From: Candidatus Woesearchaeota archaeon
GTDB taxonomy: Archaea; Nanobdellota; Nanobdellia; Pacearchaeales; GW2011-AR1
Direction: 5' to 3'
Assembly: GCA_964609265.1 (NCBI GenBank)
Contig: CAZSQR010000001.1
Coordinates: 1-60,335 of the forward strand
DNA length: 60,335 bases
The notes beneath the pieces are model-generated. The model was not told the DNA's origin. It did not search any database and saw nothing but the letters and a program-made list of their open reading frames with translations. Position 1 is the stretch's first letter. The number at the start of each line of letters is the position of its first letter. Shown in pieces: positions 52,701-59,527 of the stretch. The translations under genes and the position numbers were made by a program.

Positions 52701-55193
52701 GCGGGTCCTGGACAGATACAAACAGGTTTTGGTCAAGCATGGTCACATGGTCTTGCATATGCATCGGATGGTGCAAACGCACCTTATACTGGAACACATC
52801 AGATAAGAATAAATGGATTATCAGGTACTAGTTATTATGGTGATATATGTGTTGATGTTGTTTATCTTAATGTTACAGGAAGTAGTGGAACCTCAAATGA
52901 AACAAACACAACAGCAATAGAATATACTGATGTTGGTGTTGATGGAGTAGGCATAACTAATGTCACGATACAAGTTGATGTTACTTCTTATGATCCAAGA
53001 GCAAGTGTGGACCAGTCAACAAATGACCCTGATTTATGGCTTGAAATGTGGAACAGCACAGACTGGATAAATATCGGAGCATTTGACTTGCCTTCAACTT
53101 ATACAGGAACAGGACTACAAACAAATAATGAGAACTTTTCCTTGAGCACAACAGATTCAGAAATACTAACTGCATGGGCAAGCTCTGTAAATCAAGACCT
53201 AAGAATAAAAGGAGTTTATATGGACCATAATGAAACTCTTCCAGACCAAATCAATTATACAAATATTTGGATAAGTATTAATGGTAAGTTATGGATAGAA
53301 ATTGGAAACCATACAGAATCTACTTTTTTAACATGGAATACAACTGATTCAGATGACCAAAATTGCATTGATTTGAGGGCAAGAGCAATTGATTTAGCTG
53401 GAAGCAATACATATTCAGGCTACTTCAACAAAAGCTGTTGCTTAAACATAAGCCACGGGGGGGGAGATACCGAAGGTCCAGCAATAAGTAATGAAGGAGC
53501 TAATGAAACTGAAATTTACCAAAATGAATATTTTTGCCTGAACATAACTGCAACAGATTCCAGCGGAGTCAGTGCTGTTTATGCAGAAATCTGGAATACA
53601 ACTGACTGGTTAAATTATACAATGACTGATGCAGGCTCCACAACCTGTGATGGGGGAAGTGATGATAACATCTATGGAGTTGAAATTCAGGGGACAGCAA
53701 CAGGATTATGGAATTATAGCAAGGTTCATGCAAATGACACATTAAACAATTGGAACTCTCATGATTTTTCTGATTTAACAATAAATGTAACATCAGTGCC
53801 AAATCAGGCTCCACAGATAACATTTGTCTCACCAATACCAAACACAGACCCGACAGAATCTTCCTCAAAGTTAATAACATTTTATGCAACAATGTATGAC
53901 GCAGATGGTGTTGGTGATTTAAATGACGCAAGTGTAAATGCAAGCTTTAGCAAATCAGGACAAACAACAAGATACAATTCAAGCTGTGTGCTAGTTGGAG
54001 ACTTAGATGCAAACTCTGCGAATTATTCCTGCACAATAACCATGTGGTATTTTGATGGGAATGGGGCCTGGACAATAACAGTTTATGGTGAAGATGATGA
54101 GCCAGCTTCTGCTACAAATGATACAGAAACTTTTACTTACAATTTATTACAGGCAATTGTAATTTCTCCAACTCAGATTTCATTAGATGTACAAACTGGA
54201 GCAAAAAACCAGACATCAGATAATGATCCTACAACAGTTAATAATACAGGAAATGCAGAAATAACGTCTGGAAATTTAAGAGTAATTGGAATAGACTTAT
54301 ACGGAGAAACTGATGATAGTGTCTTTATTGGTGTTGGGAATTTTTCTGTAGATATAGATACAGGAGGCTCACCTCCTGCAGAGTGCGACGGCACAACTTT
54401 TGTAAATGGAACAGAAACAGGCATAACCGGAGCAACATTACCGAAGGGGAATTTATCAGTAGGAGGGGGGGCAGGACAAGAACAACTTTATTATTGCATA
54501 AGACAAGTCCCCCAAATATCTTCCCAGACTTATTCAACTTCAAAAGCAGGAAGCTGGACAATAAAAATTGTTATGAGTTTCATTTTTGTATACTCTGCTC
54601 AATTAAGTAATAAAAAGACAAAACAGAAGAAGAAAAAGAAGAAGAAATTAGTAAAAGATGATAAACTTATAGGGGCATTGAATCTTATCTTAGATGAATT
54701 AAAAGAAGAATATTCATTAAATAAAAAAGAAATAATTAAAATAATACTTGAAAAATTAAAAACAAAATATAAAATAAGCAGAAGGGAAATTAATAAAATA
54801 ATTGGAGGAAAAGAATTCTTAATTCCAATAACAATTTTCTCCAAAGAACTTGGTGGTTTGGAAGCAATAACAAAATATATGAAGGAGAATTTAAATATGA
54901 ATTATAGTGACATTGCAAAAGAACTTGAAAGAAATGAAAGAACAATTTGGACAGCATATAATAAGGCAATAAATAAACAAAAAGAATCAATTAAGCCGAA
55001 AGAAACAAAAATATTCTTGCCCATTTCAATATTTGAAAATAACAAATTAACAATACTTGAATCTGTTATTATTTATCTAAAACAAAAAGGATTGAAATAC
55101 ATTGAAATAGCAAAATCATTAAATAGAGACCAAAGAAACATATGGACGATTTATTCAAGGGCTACTAAAAAAATAAAAGATAATAATATTTAA
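49740..55193 (+). CDS. Giant (1,817 aa) two-pass envelope protein: cytoplasmic N-terminus, TM, glycan-sequon-rich ectodomain with MAM-like domain, hydrophobic/poly-K segment, cytoplasmic tandem HTH tail
   Basis: Basic stretch then TM ILNSFLFLFFFSVLTLSIL. NITE repeats. MAM-like FLYYMYGAHIQTLKIEI...GDICVDVVYL. IKIVMSFIFVYSAQL + KKTKQKKKKKKK. Two repeats of ~55 aa with ...IAKxLxRxxRxIWTxY... Confidence 0.8.
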   Translation: MGRTRIAKAIILSLREKINLAEKGEKYFLDYLNKLEEKYQKGEIFYDFYVETIYKHFEGRTIKGWIEYYDNYIKGCKKKIKEQKKTLLRKKILNSFLFLFFFSVLTLSILNTSVKFTGFGVQEQENLTKNITEFNESDSDEIKGEISQNQTNISSSQEKSPPFSETTEESAEENITKSEENITEISEEEVPVNITENETEVNITEPEENITEEIPEEPETNITESEENATAEVPEEIPETNITENITEEITEEINITANATITTIQQQAVLGQPVKWKKQISPETPGNLTLKLPKEAENIQINKIKEKQETKARASITGGVIGTGEKESIILKIFNFFKNFLNKIFGTITGKAIATEGEEKEIEVEIDDETAEYEIEYETPAPYAIEEDLQNGKKITIVGPETIHYENVLAFTELNEKLNIKNPFSVKIYWIENDSYIPIQNINDSDSNGIYDYIEWVVPSLSEQTFEIIVITKAEHLNENKEFISDIYEEVKELDDIWSEEISDGEYIRVTFERALDNTKDITIYPRITNGDPRIEVYEINGTELIAEFSEINSNEYNTAYLTNLQGQKDVFDLKILDGNIEIDYIVDPLAEITKVGTDTYNSSAASPLEFSHTLVEGDNRLVVVYFGAENNGENDVTSVTYGGQSMTQAVEDGGTGTGYQNRAEIWYILENDLPSNGANTVSATITPASTLDFKAYAAEYTGVNQGIPEATDGTYQTSGSTIENTISPSTDAWVFSAMDEGNTGSWAHGQSQEELWDFQDASSQFAVTELRGADGETSVDSTFTGTANRLARVAASFAPAITNSAPSTPTNITCDGGNCNITIDTTVNINASGSVDDDSDDITYFIEASLEDIVTSENSTDVSMAGSGGSGGGIALYDGFNEGPAEGQVSTSNWADGGGDYYWLYGDGNTPSGTTGDNVNVEGDYFIYIESSSHTNENNYLVSSEFELASSDTLVLDFLYYMYGAHIQTLKIEIDYGGGWDELWSAGPGQIQTGFGQAWSHGLAYASDGANAPYTGTHQIRINGLSGTSYYGDICVDVVYLNVTGSSGTSNETNTTAIEYTDVGVDGVGITNVTIQVDVTSYDPRASVDQSTNDPDLWLEMWNSTDWINIGAFDLPSTYTGTGLQTNNENFSLSTTDSEILTAWASSVNQDLRIKGVYMDHNETLPDQINYTNIWISINGKLWIEIGNHTESTFLTWNTTDSDDQNCIDLRARAIDLAGSNTYSGYFNKSCCLNISHGGGDTEGPAISNEGANETEIYQNEYFCLNITATDSSGVSAVYAEIWNTTDWLNYTMTDAGSTTCDGGSDDNIYGVEIQGTATGLWNYSKVHANDTLNNWNSHDFSDLTINVTSVPNQAPQITFVSPIPNTDPTESSSKLITFYATMYDADGVGDLNDASVNASFSKSGQTTRYNSSCVLVGDLDANSANYSCTITMWYFDGNGAWTITVYGEDDEPASATNDTETFTYNLLQAIVISPTQISLDVQTGAKNQTSDNDPTTVNNTGNAEITSGNLRVIGIDLYGETDDSVFIGVGNFSVDIDTGGSPPAECDGTTFVNGTETGITGATLPKGNLSVGGGAGQEQLYYCIRQVPQISSQTYSTSKAGSWTIKIVMSFIFVYSAQLSNKKTKQKKKKKKKLVKDDKLIGALNLILDELKEEYSLNKKEIIKIILEKLKTKYKISRREINKIIGGKEFLIPITIFSKELGGLEAITKYMKENLNMNYSDIAKELERNERTIWTAYNKAINKQKESIKPKETKIFLPISIFENNKLTILESVIIYLKQKGLKYIEIAKSLNRDQRNIWTIYSRATKKIKDNNI
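50247..50525 (+). repeat. Imperfect tandem array encoding acidic N-I-T-E sequon repeats
   Basis: EENITKSEENITEISEEEVPVNITENETEVNITEPEENITEEIPEEPETNITESEENATAEVPEEIPETNITENITEEITEEINITANATITT. That is 11 N-x-T sequons in about 93 aa. Confidence 0.85.
53802..54563 (+). repeat. Copy A of a duplicated module of about 760 bp (C-terminal ectodomain of the giant gene)
   Basis: Shares long identical runs with 55374-56124, e.g. ataccaaacacagacccgacagaatcttc and gcagatggtgttggtgattt. The proteins align end to end (...SPIPNTDPTESSSK.ITFYA.MYDADGVGDLND...GSWTI). Confidence 0.85.
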
Positions 55194-55217
55194 AAACTAA
55201 AATAACTTAATTAAAAA

Positions 55218-56135
55218 ATGAAAAAGAGAGAGATTAACCTTTTAATTTTACTTTTAATAATAGTCTTATCTTATTCCTTTGTATCTGCAATGGATTTTTC
55301 TGATTTATGGGGAAAGATTACAGGCAAGGTAACAAGCCAGGAAACAAATATATCAATTACTGTTGCAGGTGCTAATCAAGCACAAATAACCACTGTTTCT
55401 TCAATACCAAACACAGACCCGACAGAATCTTCTTCAAAAGCAATAACATTTTACGCGATTATGTATGATGCAGATGGTGTTGGTGATTTGAATGACTCAA
55501 GTGTGAATGCAACTTTCAGCAAAGCAGGAGAGACAACAAGATATAACTCAAGCTGTGTGTTGGTTGGGGATTTAGATGCAACCTCAGCAAATTATTCTTG
55601 CTTAATAACTATGTGGTATTGGGACGGGAGTGGGGCCTGGACTATTAATGTAAGTGGAACAGATTTAGGAAACCAAACACGTGTTTATAATGATTCAACA
55701 ACTTTTACCTACAATGAATTAAAAGCAATGGCTATATCCCCCACATCATTAACATGGCCTGGTGTTTCTATTGGTGCAACAAATCAGGTATCAGATAATG
55801 ATCCTACAACAGTTAATAATACAGGAAACTATGATGGAACAATTGATTTAACAGGAATTAATCTTCTCGGTGAAACCACTGCAAGTGAATATATACCTGT
55901 TGTTAATTTCTCTGTGGATATAGATACTGGTGGGGCTGCAGAATGCGACGGCACAAATCTTGTAAATAATACAGCTACAGAAATAACAAGCAGTGATTCA
56001 AATCCAGGGAATCTATCAGCAGGAGGAGGGGCTGGACAAGAAGAACTTTATTATTGCATAGTTGAGGTTCCTTCAGACATATCTTCTCAGACTTATTCAA
56101 CATCAGAAGGAGGTAGCTGGACAATAGCTTATTAA
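55218..56135 (+). CDS. Secreted protein paralogous to residues ~1355-1609 of the giant protein
   Basis: Signal-like MKKREINLLILLLIIVLSYSFVSA. The body aligns with the giant's C-terminal ectodomain module and ends ...GGSWTIAY. It has its own TATA-like box about 26 nt upstream. Confidence 0.7.
   Translation: MKKREINLLILLLIIVLSYSFVSAMDFSDLWGKITGKVTSQETNISITVAGANQAQITTVSSIPNTDPTESSSKAITFYAIMYDADGVGDLNDSSVNATFSKAGETTRYNSSCVLVGDLDATSANYSCLITMWYWDGSGAWTINVSGTDLGNQTRVYNDSTTFTYNELKAMAISPTSLTWPGVSIGATNQVSDNDPTTVNNTGNYDGTIDLTGINLLGETTASEYIPVVNFSVDIDTGGAAECDGTNLVNNTATEITSSDSNPGNLSAGGGAGQEELYYCIVEVPSDISSQTYSTSEGGSWTIAY
55374..56124 (+). repeat. Copy B of the duplicated module
   Basis: See copy A (53802-54563). 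Confidence 0.85.
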
Positions 56136-56136
56136 A

Positions 56137-56682
56137 ATGCAAATAACTAATAATAAAATAATGAAAATTATATTACCAATTTTTCTAATAGTAATTTTAA
56201 TTAGTCTAGTTAATGCCTTTGGAGTCAGCTCTCCTTACTGGGAAGGAAATCCCCTAACATTGGCGGCAGGAGAAACAAAAACAGTTAACTTAAATTTGCA
56301 AAATATGGTGGGGGAAGAAGATGTAAATGTCAAGGTTGAAATAAAAGAGGGCTTGGAAATAGCAAGTTTGAAAGAAGATATATACACTGTTAAATCAAAA
56401 ACCTCAGATACTTTTGTTCCATTAAAAATAAAAATTCCAAGAGAGGCTGAAAATACTTCTTATAAACTTATTGCTGAAGTTAGAACTGTAACCCCTGGAG
56501 GAGAAGGCGGTGCTGTGATGTTGGGAACAGGGATGACTGTTGCATTTGATGTTTTAGTCTCAGGAAAAGTAGAAAGCAATAAATTTATTATAATTATTGG
56601 AGCATGCATAATTTTAGCAATCATAATCTTTATTATAATCATTTTAAGGAAGAAATTTGGGAAGAAAAAGAAGTCTAAATAA
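56137..56682 (+). CDS. Envelope protein: signal peptide, beta-rich domain, C-terminal TM + Lys tail
   Basis: IILPIFLIVILISLVNAFG signal. C-terminal FIIIIGACIILAIIIFIIIIL RKKFGKKKKSK. ATG lies 1 nt after the previous stop. Confidence 0.6.
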   Translation: MQITNNKIMKIILPIFLIVILISLVNAFGVSSPYWEGNPLTLAAGETKTVNLNLQNMVGEEDVNVKVEIKEGLEIASLKEDIYTVKSKTSDTFVPLKIKIPREAENTSYKLIAEVRTVTPGGEGGAVMLGTGMTVAFDVLVSGKVESNKFIIIIGACIILAIIIFIIIILRKKFGKKKKSK

Positions 56683-56721
56683 TTCTGATAAATTTAAATA
56701 TATATTATTATTCTTTGTTTT

Positions 56722-58476
56722 ATGAAAAAAAGAGAAATTTTTTTATTTATTTTTTTACTTTTTATTATATTAATTATTTTGCCAGCAACAAGTATCCTAA
56801 CAGGAAAGGTATCAGTTCAGCCGACAAACATATCAATACAAGTATTACCTACTAGCCCTACATTATCCATAATTTCCCCCCAAAATAAAACTTACTTAAC
56901 TAATATATCCCTATTATTAGATTATTCAGCAGTTAATGCTGAAAACATATGGTATAATCTCGACAATGGAGATAATACAACTATAACCTCTTCAATATAT
57001 TTCAATACTTCTCAGGGGGGACATATACTTTATTTACACGCGAATAATACTTATGGAACAACAACAGAAAATGTAAGCTTTATTGTAAATTCTACAAGAT
57101 TCATAATCTCATACAGCGAGTATAACGGCTCTACAAAAGGTAATTCAACTGATTTCATTGAGTATACTTACGAAGACTTACAAAACCTATCAGGAATAAT
57201 TTTAGAAAACACACAACATGGAAAAATAAATTTTAATGAAATTATTAATTCAACAAATGACTCTAATACTGGTGATAATAAACTTGACTTAGACACTTAT
57301 ATTAATATATCCCCAAATAGAATAGAATTAAACTCAACAGCTATCCCAAATTTCAATAAGTCAGCAACACTTTCTCTTTATAATTTAACATTTAGTAATC
57401 CTAGGATATTAAGAGATGGGAGTGTCTGTCCTTCAACTATCTGCACAGAACAGAGTTATTCTAGTGAAACCGGCACCCTTGTATTTAATGTAACACATTT
57501 TACAGTTTATTCTGCGGAAGAAACACCTGCAGGAGCTGTCATAACAGGGGGAAGTGGCGGGGGAAGAGCTGGTAAAAAGGATTTTTCTGTAGATAAAGAA
57601 ACTCTTTCAGTAACCTTAAAACAAGGAGGGACAGCAAAAGATTTCTTCATCATAAAAAATACAGGAAATAAAGTATTAAGTTTTACAATCCAAACCCAAA
57701 ACATTGAAAAATTTTTAAAGGTAGATGAATTAAGTTTCAGCTTAAATGCTGGTGAATCTAAAATGGTCATCTTAGATTTTTTAGCGAGATCTGAGGTTAC
57801 ACCTGCTTTATATCTTGGAAAACTCATCATTAAAGCAGGTGCTAGTTCTATAATTGAAAAAGAAATTTTAGTTTCAATTGAGGTTGAATCCAGAAATCCT
57901 ATTTTTGATGTTAAAGTGGAGATACCAAAAAGATTTCGATATTTAATGCCAGGAGAAGAATTAATTTCTAATATAAAAATTTTTAATTTAGAAAGAGAAA
58001 GAACTACTGACGTATTTGTAGAGTATATTATAAAAGATGAGGAAGAAAATGAAATTCTGTATGAAACTGAAACTATTTTTGTAGAAACTCAGACAAGTTT
58101 TGTTAAGAGTTTTGAAATTCCAAAAAATATAAAATTAGGCACATATATCTTTTATGTAAGAACAACTTATAATGGAGAAGTAGCAAGCTCAACTTCATGG
58201 TTTAATATTGGACAAAAATCATTGGCATCTTTTATTTTAAGAAATCTGAATTTAATAGGGATAATCTTAGGCATAATTTCAACGTTTATAATCTTAATAA
58301 TCATATTGCGTAAATTCGGGGAAAAAGAGATTAAATTTCCAAAATTAATAAAAAAGAAGAAAGAAAGAAAAGGTTTTTTTAAGTCTATTTTCAAAAAGAA
58401 AGAAGAAAAAAGAGATAGGGGACTTAAATATTATAAACAAAGAATAAGGAAGGAAATAGAAAAACATAAAAAGTGA
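56722..58476 (+). CDS. Envelope protein (584 aa): signal/anchor, sequon-rich domains, two Ig-like/CARDB-like repeats, C-terminal TM + basic tail
   Basis: MKKREIFLFIFLLFIILIIL...LTGKVSVQPTNISIQV. Many N-x-S/T sequons. VTLKQGGTAKDFFIIKNTGNKVLSF. C-terminal LIGIILGIISTFIILIIIL RKFG. Confidence 0.65.
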   Translation: MKKREIFLFIFLLFIILIILPATSILTGKVSVQPTNISIQVLPTSPTLSIISPQNKTYLTNISLLLDYSAVNAENIWYNLDNGDNTTITSSIYFNTSQGGHILYLHANNTYGTTTENVSFIVNSTRFIISYSEYNGSTKGNSTDFIEYTYEDLQNLSGIILENTQHGKINFNEIINSTNDSNTGDNKLDLDTYINISPNRIELNSTAIPNFNKSATLSLYNLTFSNPRILRDGSVCPSTICTEQSYSSETGTLVFNVTHFTVYSAEETPAGAVITGGSGGGRAGKKDFSVDKETLSVTLKQGGTAKDFFIIKNTGNKVLSFTIQTQNIEKFLKVDELSFSLNAGESKMVILDFLARSEVTPALYLGKLIIKAGASSIIEKEILVSIEVESRNPIFDVKVEIPKRFRYLMPGEELISNIKIFNLERERTTDVFVEYIIKDEEENEILYETETIFVETQTSFVKSFEIPKNIKLGTYIFYVRTTYNGEVASSTSWFNIGQKSLASFILRNLNLIGIILGIISTFIILIIILRKFGEKEIKFPKLIKKKKERKGFFKSIFKKKEEKRDRGLKYYKQRIRKEIEKHKK

Positions 58477-58487
58477 AAAAATAATTA

Positions 58488-58706
58488 ATGATTATGGAAA
58501 AAAATAAAGAGGTAAAAAGCAGTTATTTAAAAAGATTGGAAAAAAAACTTATAGGAATTGAAAAATCTGAAAATTACCTTATGGAAGAAATTTCTAAAAT
58601 CAGACAGAAAAAAGCGAAATTAAAAGAGAAAATAAAAAAAGAAAAACGAGCAATTTCTCTTATGAACAGAGCAAAAAAAATACGTGCTTCAGAAAAGGAA
58701 AGATAA
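58488..58706 (+). CDS. Small basic coiled-coil protein (hypothetical)
   Basis: Heptad-like K/E-rich sequence. No family recognised. Confidence 0.3.
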   Translation: MIMEKNKEVKSSYLKRLEKKLIGIEKSENYLMEEISKIRQKKAKLKEKIKKEKRAISLMNRAKKIRASEKER

Positions 58707-58733
58707 TTCTCACATTTACTAAGAACCTTCTCT

Positions 58734-59288
58734 TCATCGAATAAATTCTAAAATCTCTGGAATTTCTTTCACATCATTAAAATGTTTTTTATTATGCTTG
58801 ATAATTATTTTTGCATCTAAATTTTTTTTGAATTTTTCAATCTCATCCAAGTGAACATAAGGGTCATCATCTGAAAAAAGTGCCAGAAAATTATTGCAAT
58901 GGTCCAGAATTCTTTCAAAATGAATCTCGGAATTTATCCAGGGATGGGCAATTTCCATTTCTTCTGGCTCAAGATTGATTAAATCAAACCAGCCAGCAAC
59001 AAAAACACATCCTGCAATCCTTTTGTGCTTGTGCAATTTTTCCAAAAATCTCATGATAGTCTGGCATCCAATACTGTGCCCAACAAAATAAGTTTTCTCG
59101 TCGATTTCACCTGGATTAATTTTTTCCTCTAAATATCTCACCCATTCCTCAATTTTAGGTTCATCAGTATTTGGCATATCAAAAGATTCAACTTCAAAAC
59201 TTTTTTTTGGAAGTTCTTGTTTTAACCAGTCAAACCAACCTCCTTCTGAACTTCCTCCCCACCCATGAATTAAATATACTTTTCTCAT
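58734..59288 (-). CDS. YdeN/RBBP9-family alpha/beta serine hydrolase
   Basis: MRKVYLIHGWGGSSEGGWFDWLKQEL...YFVGHSIGCQTIMRFLE...FSDDDPYV...KKHF matches the B. subtilis YdeN pattern (from memory). The track's longer ORF (to 59342) runs into tRNA-Cys, so ATG 59288 was chosen. Confidence 0.7.
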   Translation of the reverse strand: MRKVYLIHGWGGSSEGGWFDWLKQELPKKSFEVESFDMPNTDEPKIEEWVRYLEEKINPGEIDEKTYFVGHSIGCQTIMRFLEKLHKHKRIAGCVFVAGWFDLINLEPEEMEIAHPWINSEIHFERILDHCNNFLALFSDDDPYVHLDEIEKFKKNLDAKIIIKHNKKHFNDVKEIPEILEFIR

Positions 59289-59300
59289 TTTATTATAAAA

Positions 59301-59373
59301 AGCGAGGACTGGGAATTGAACCCAGGAATACTCGGGCTGCAACCGAGCGCGTTAACCTCTTCGCCATCCCCGC
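59301..59373 (-). tRNA. tRNA-Cys (anticodon GCA)
   Basis: Reverse complement gcggggatggcgaagaggttaacgcgctcggttGCAgcccgagtattcctgggttcaattcccagtcctcgct. Discriminator is U, as expected for Cys. Confidence 0.88.
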
Positions 59374-59374
59374 A

Positions 59375-59449
59375 TGCCCCCGACAGGGTTTGAACCTGCG
59401 ACCTACTGCTTAGAAGGCAGTCGCTCTATCCAGGCTGAGCTACAGGGGC
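59375..59449 (-). tRNA. tRNA-Arg (anticodon UCU)
   Basis: Reverse complement gcccctgtagctcagcctggatagagcgactgcctTCTaagcagtaggtcgcaggttcaaaccctgtcgggggca. Clean cloverleaf, only 1 nt from tRNA-Cys. Confidence 0.88.
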
Positions 59450-59527
59450 CTTCAACTTATAAAAACTAAGAGAGAATTCTATTTAAAATCTTTCTATAAG
59501 GAAAAAACTGGCTTTACTCAGATCAGT

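Noticed and set aside
50180-54990. Many 60-190 aa antisense or alternative-frame ORFs inside the giant gene
   Set aside because: They are nested in a 5.4-kb uninterrupted frame with clear domain content. None has TATA spacing or recognisable motifs.
59171-59413. 80-aa plus-strand ORF, and the N-terminal 18 codons of ORF 58734-59342
   Set aside because: Both run through tRNA-Cys/tRNA-Arg. The hydrolase has a good internal ATG (59288) giving the family-typical N-terminus MRKVYLIHGWGG.
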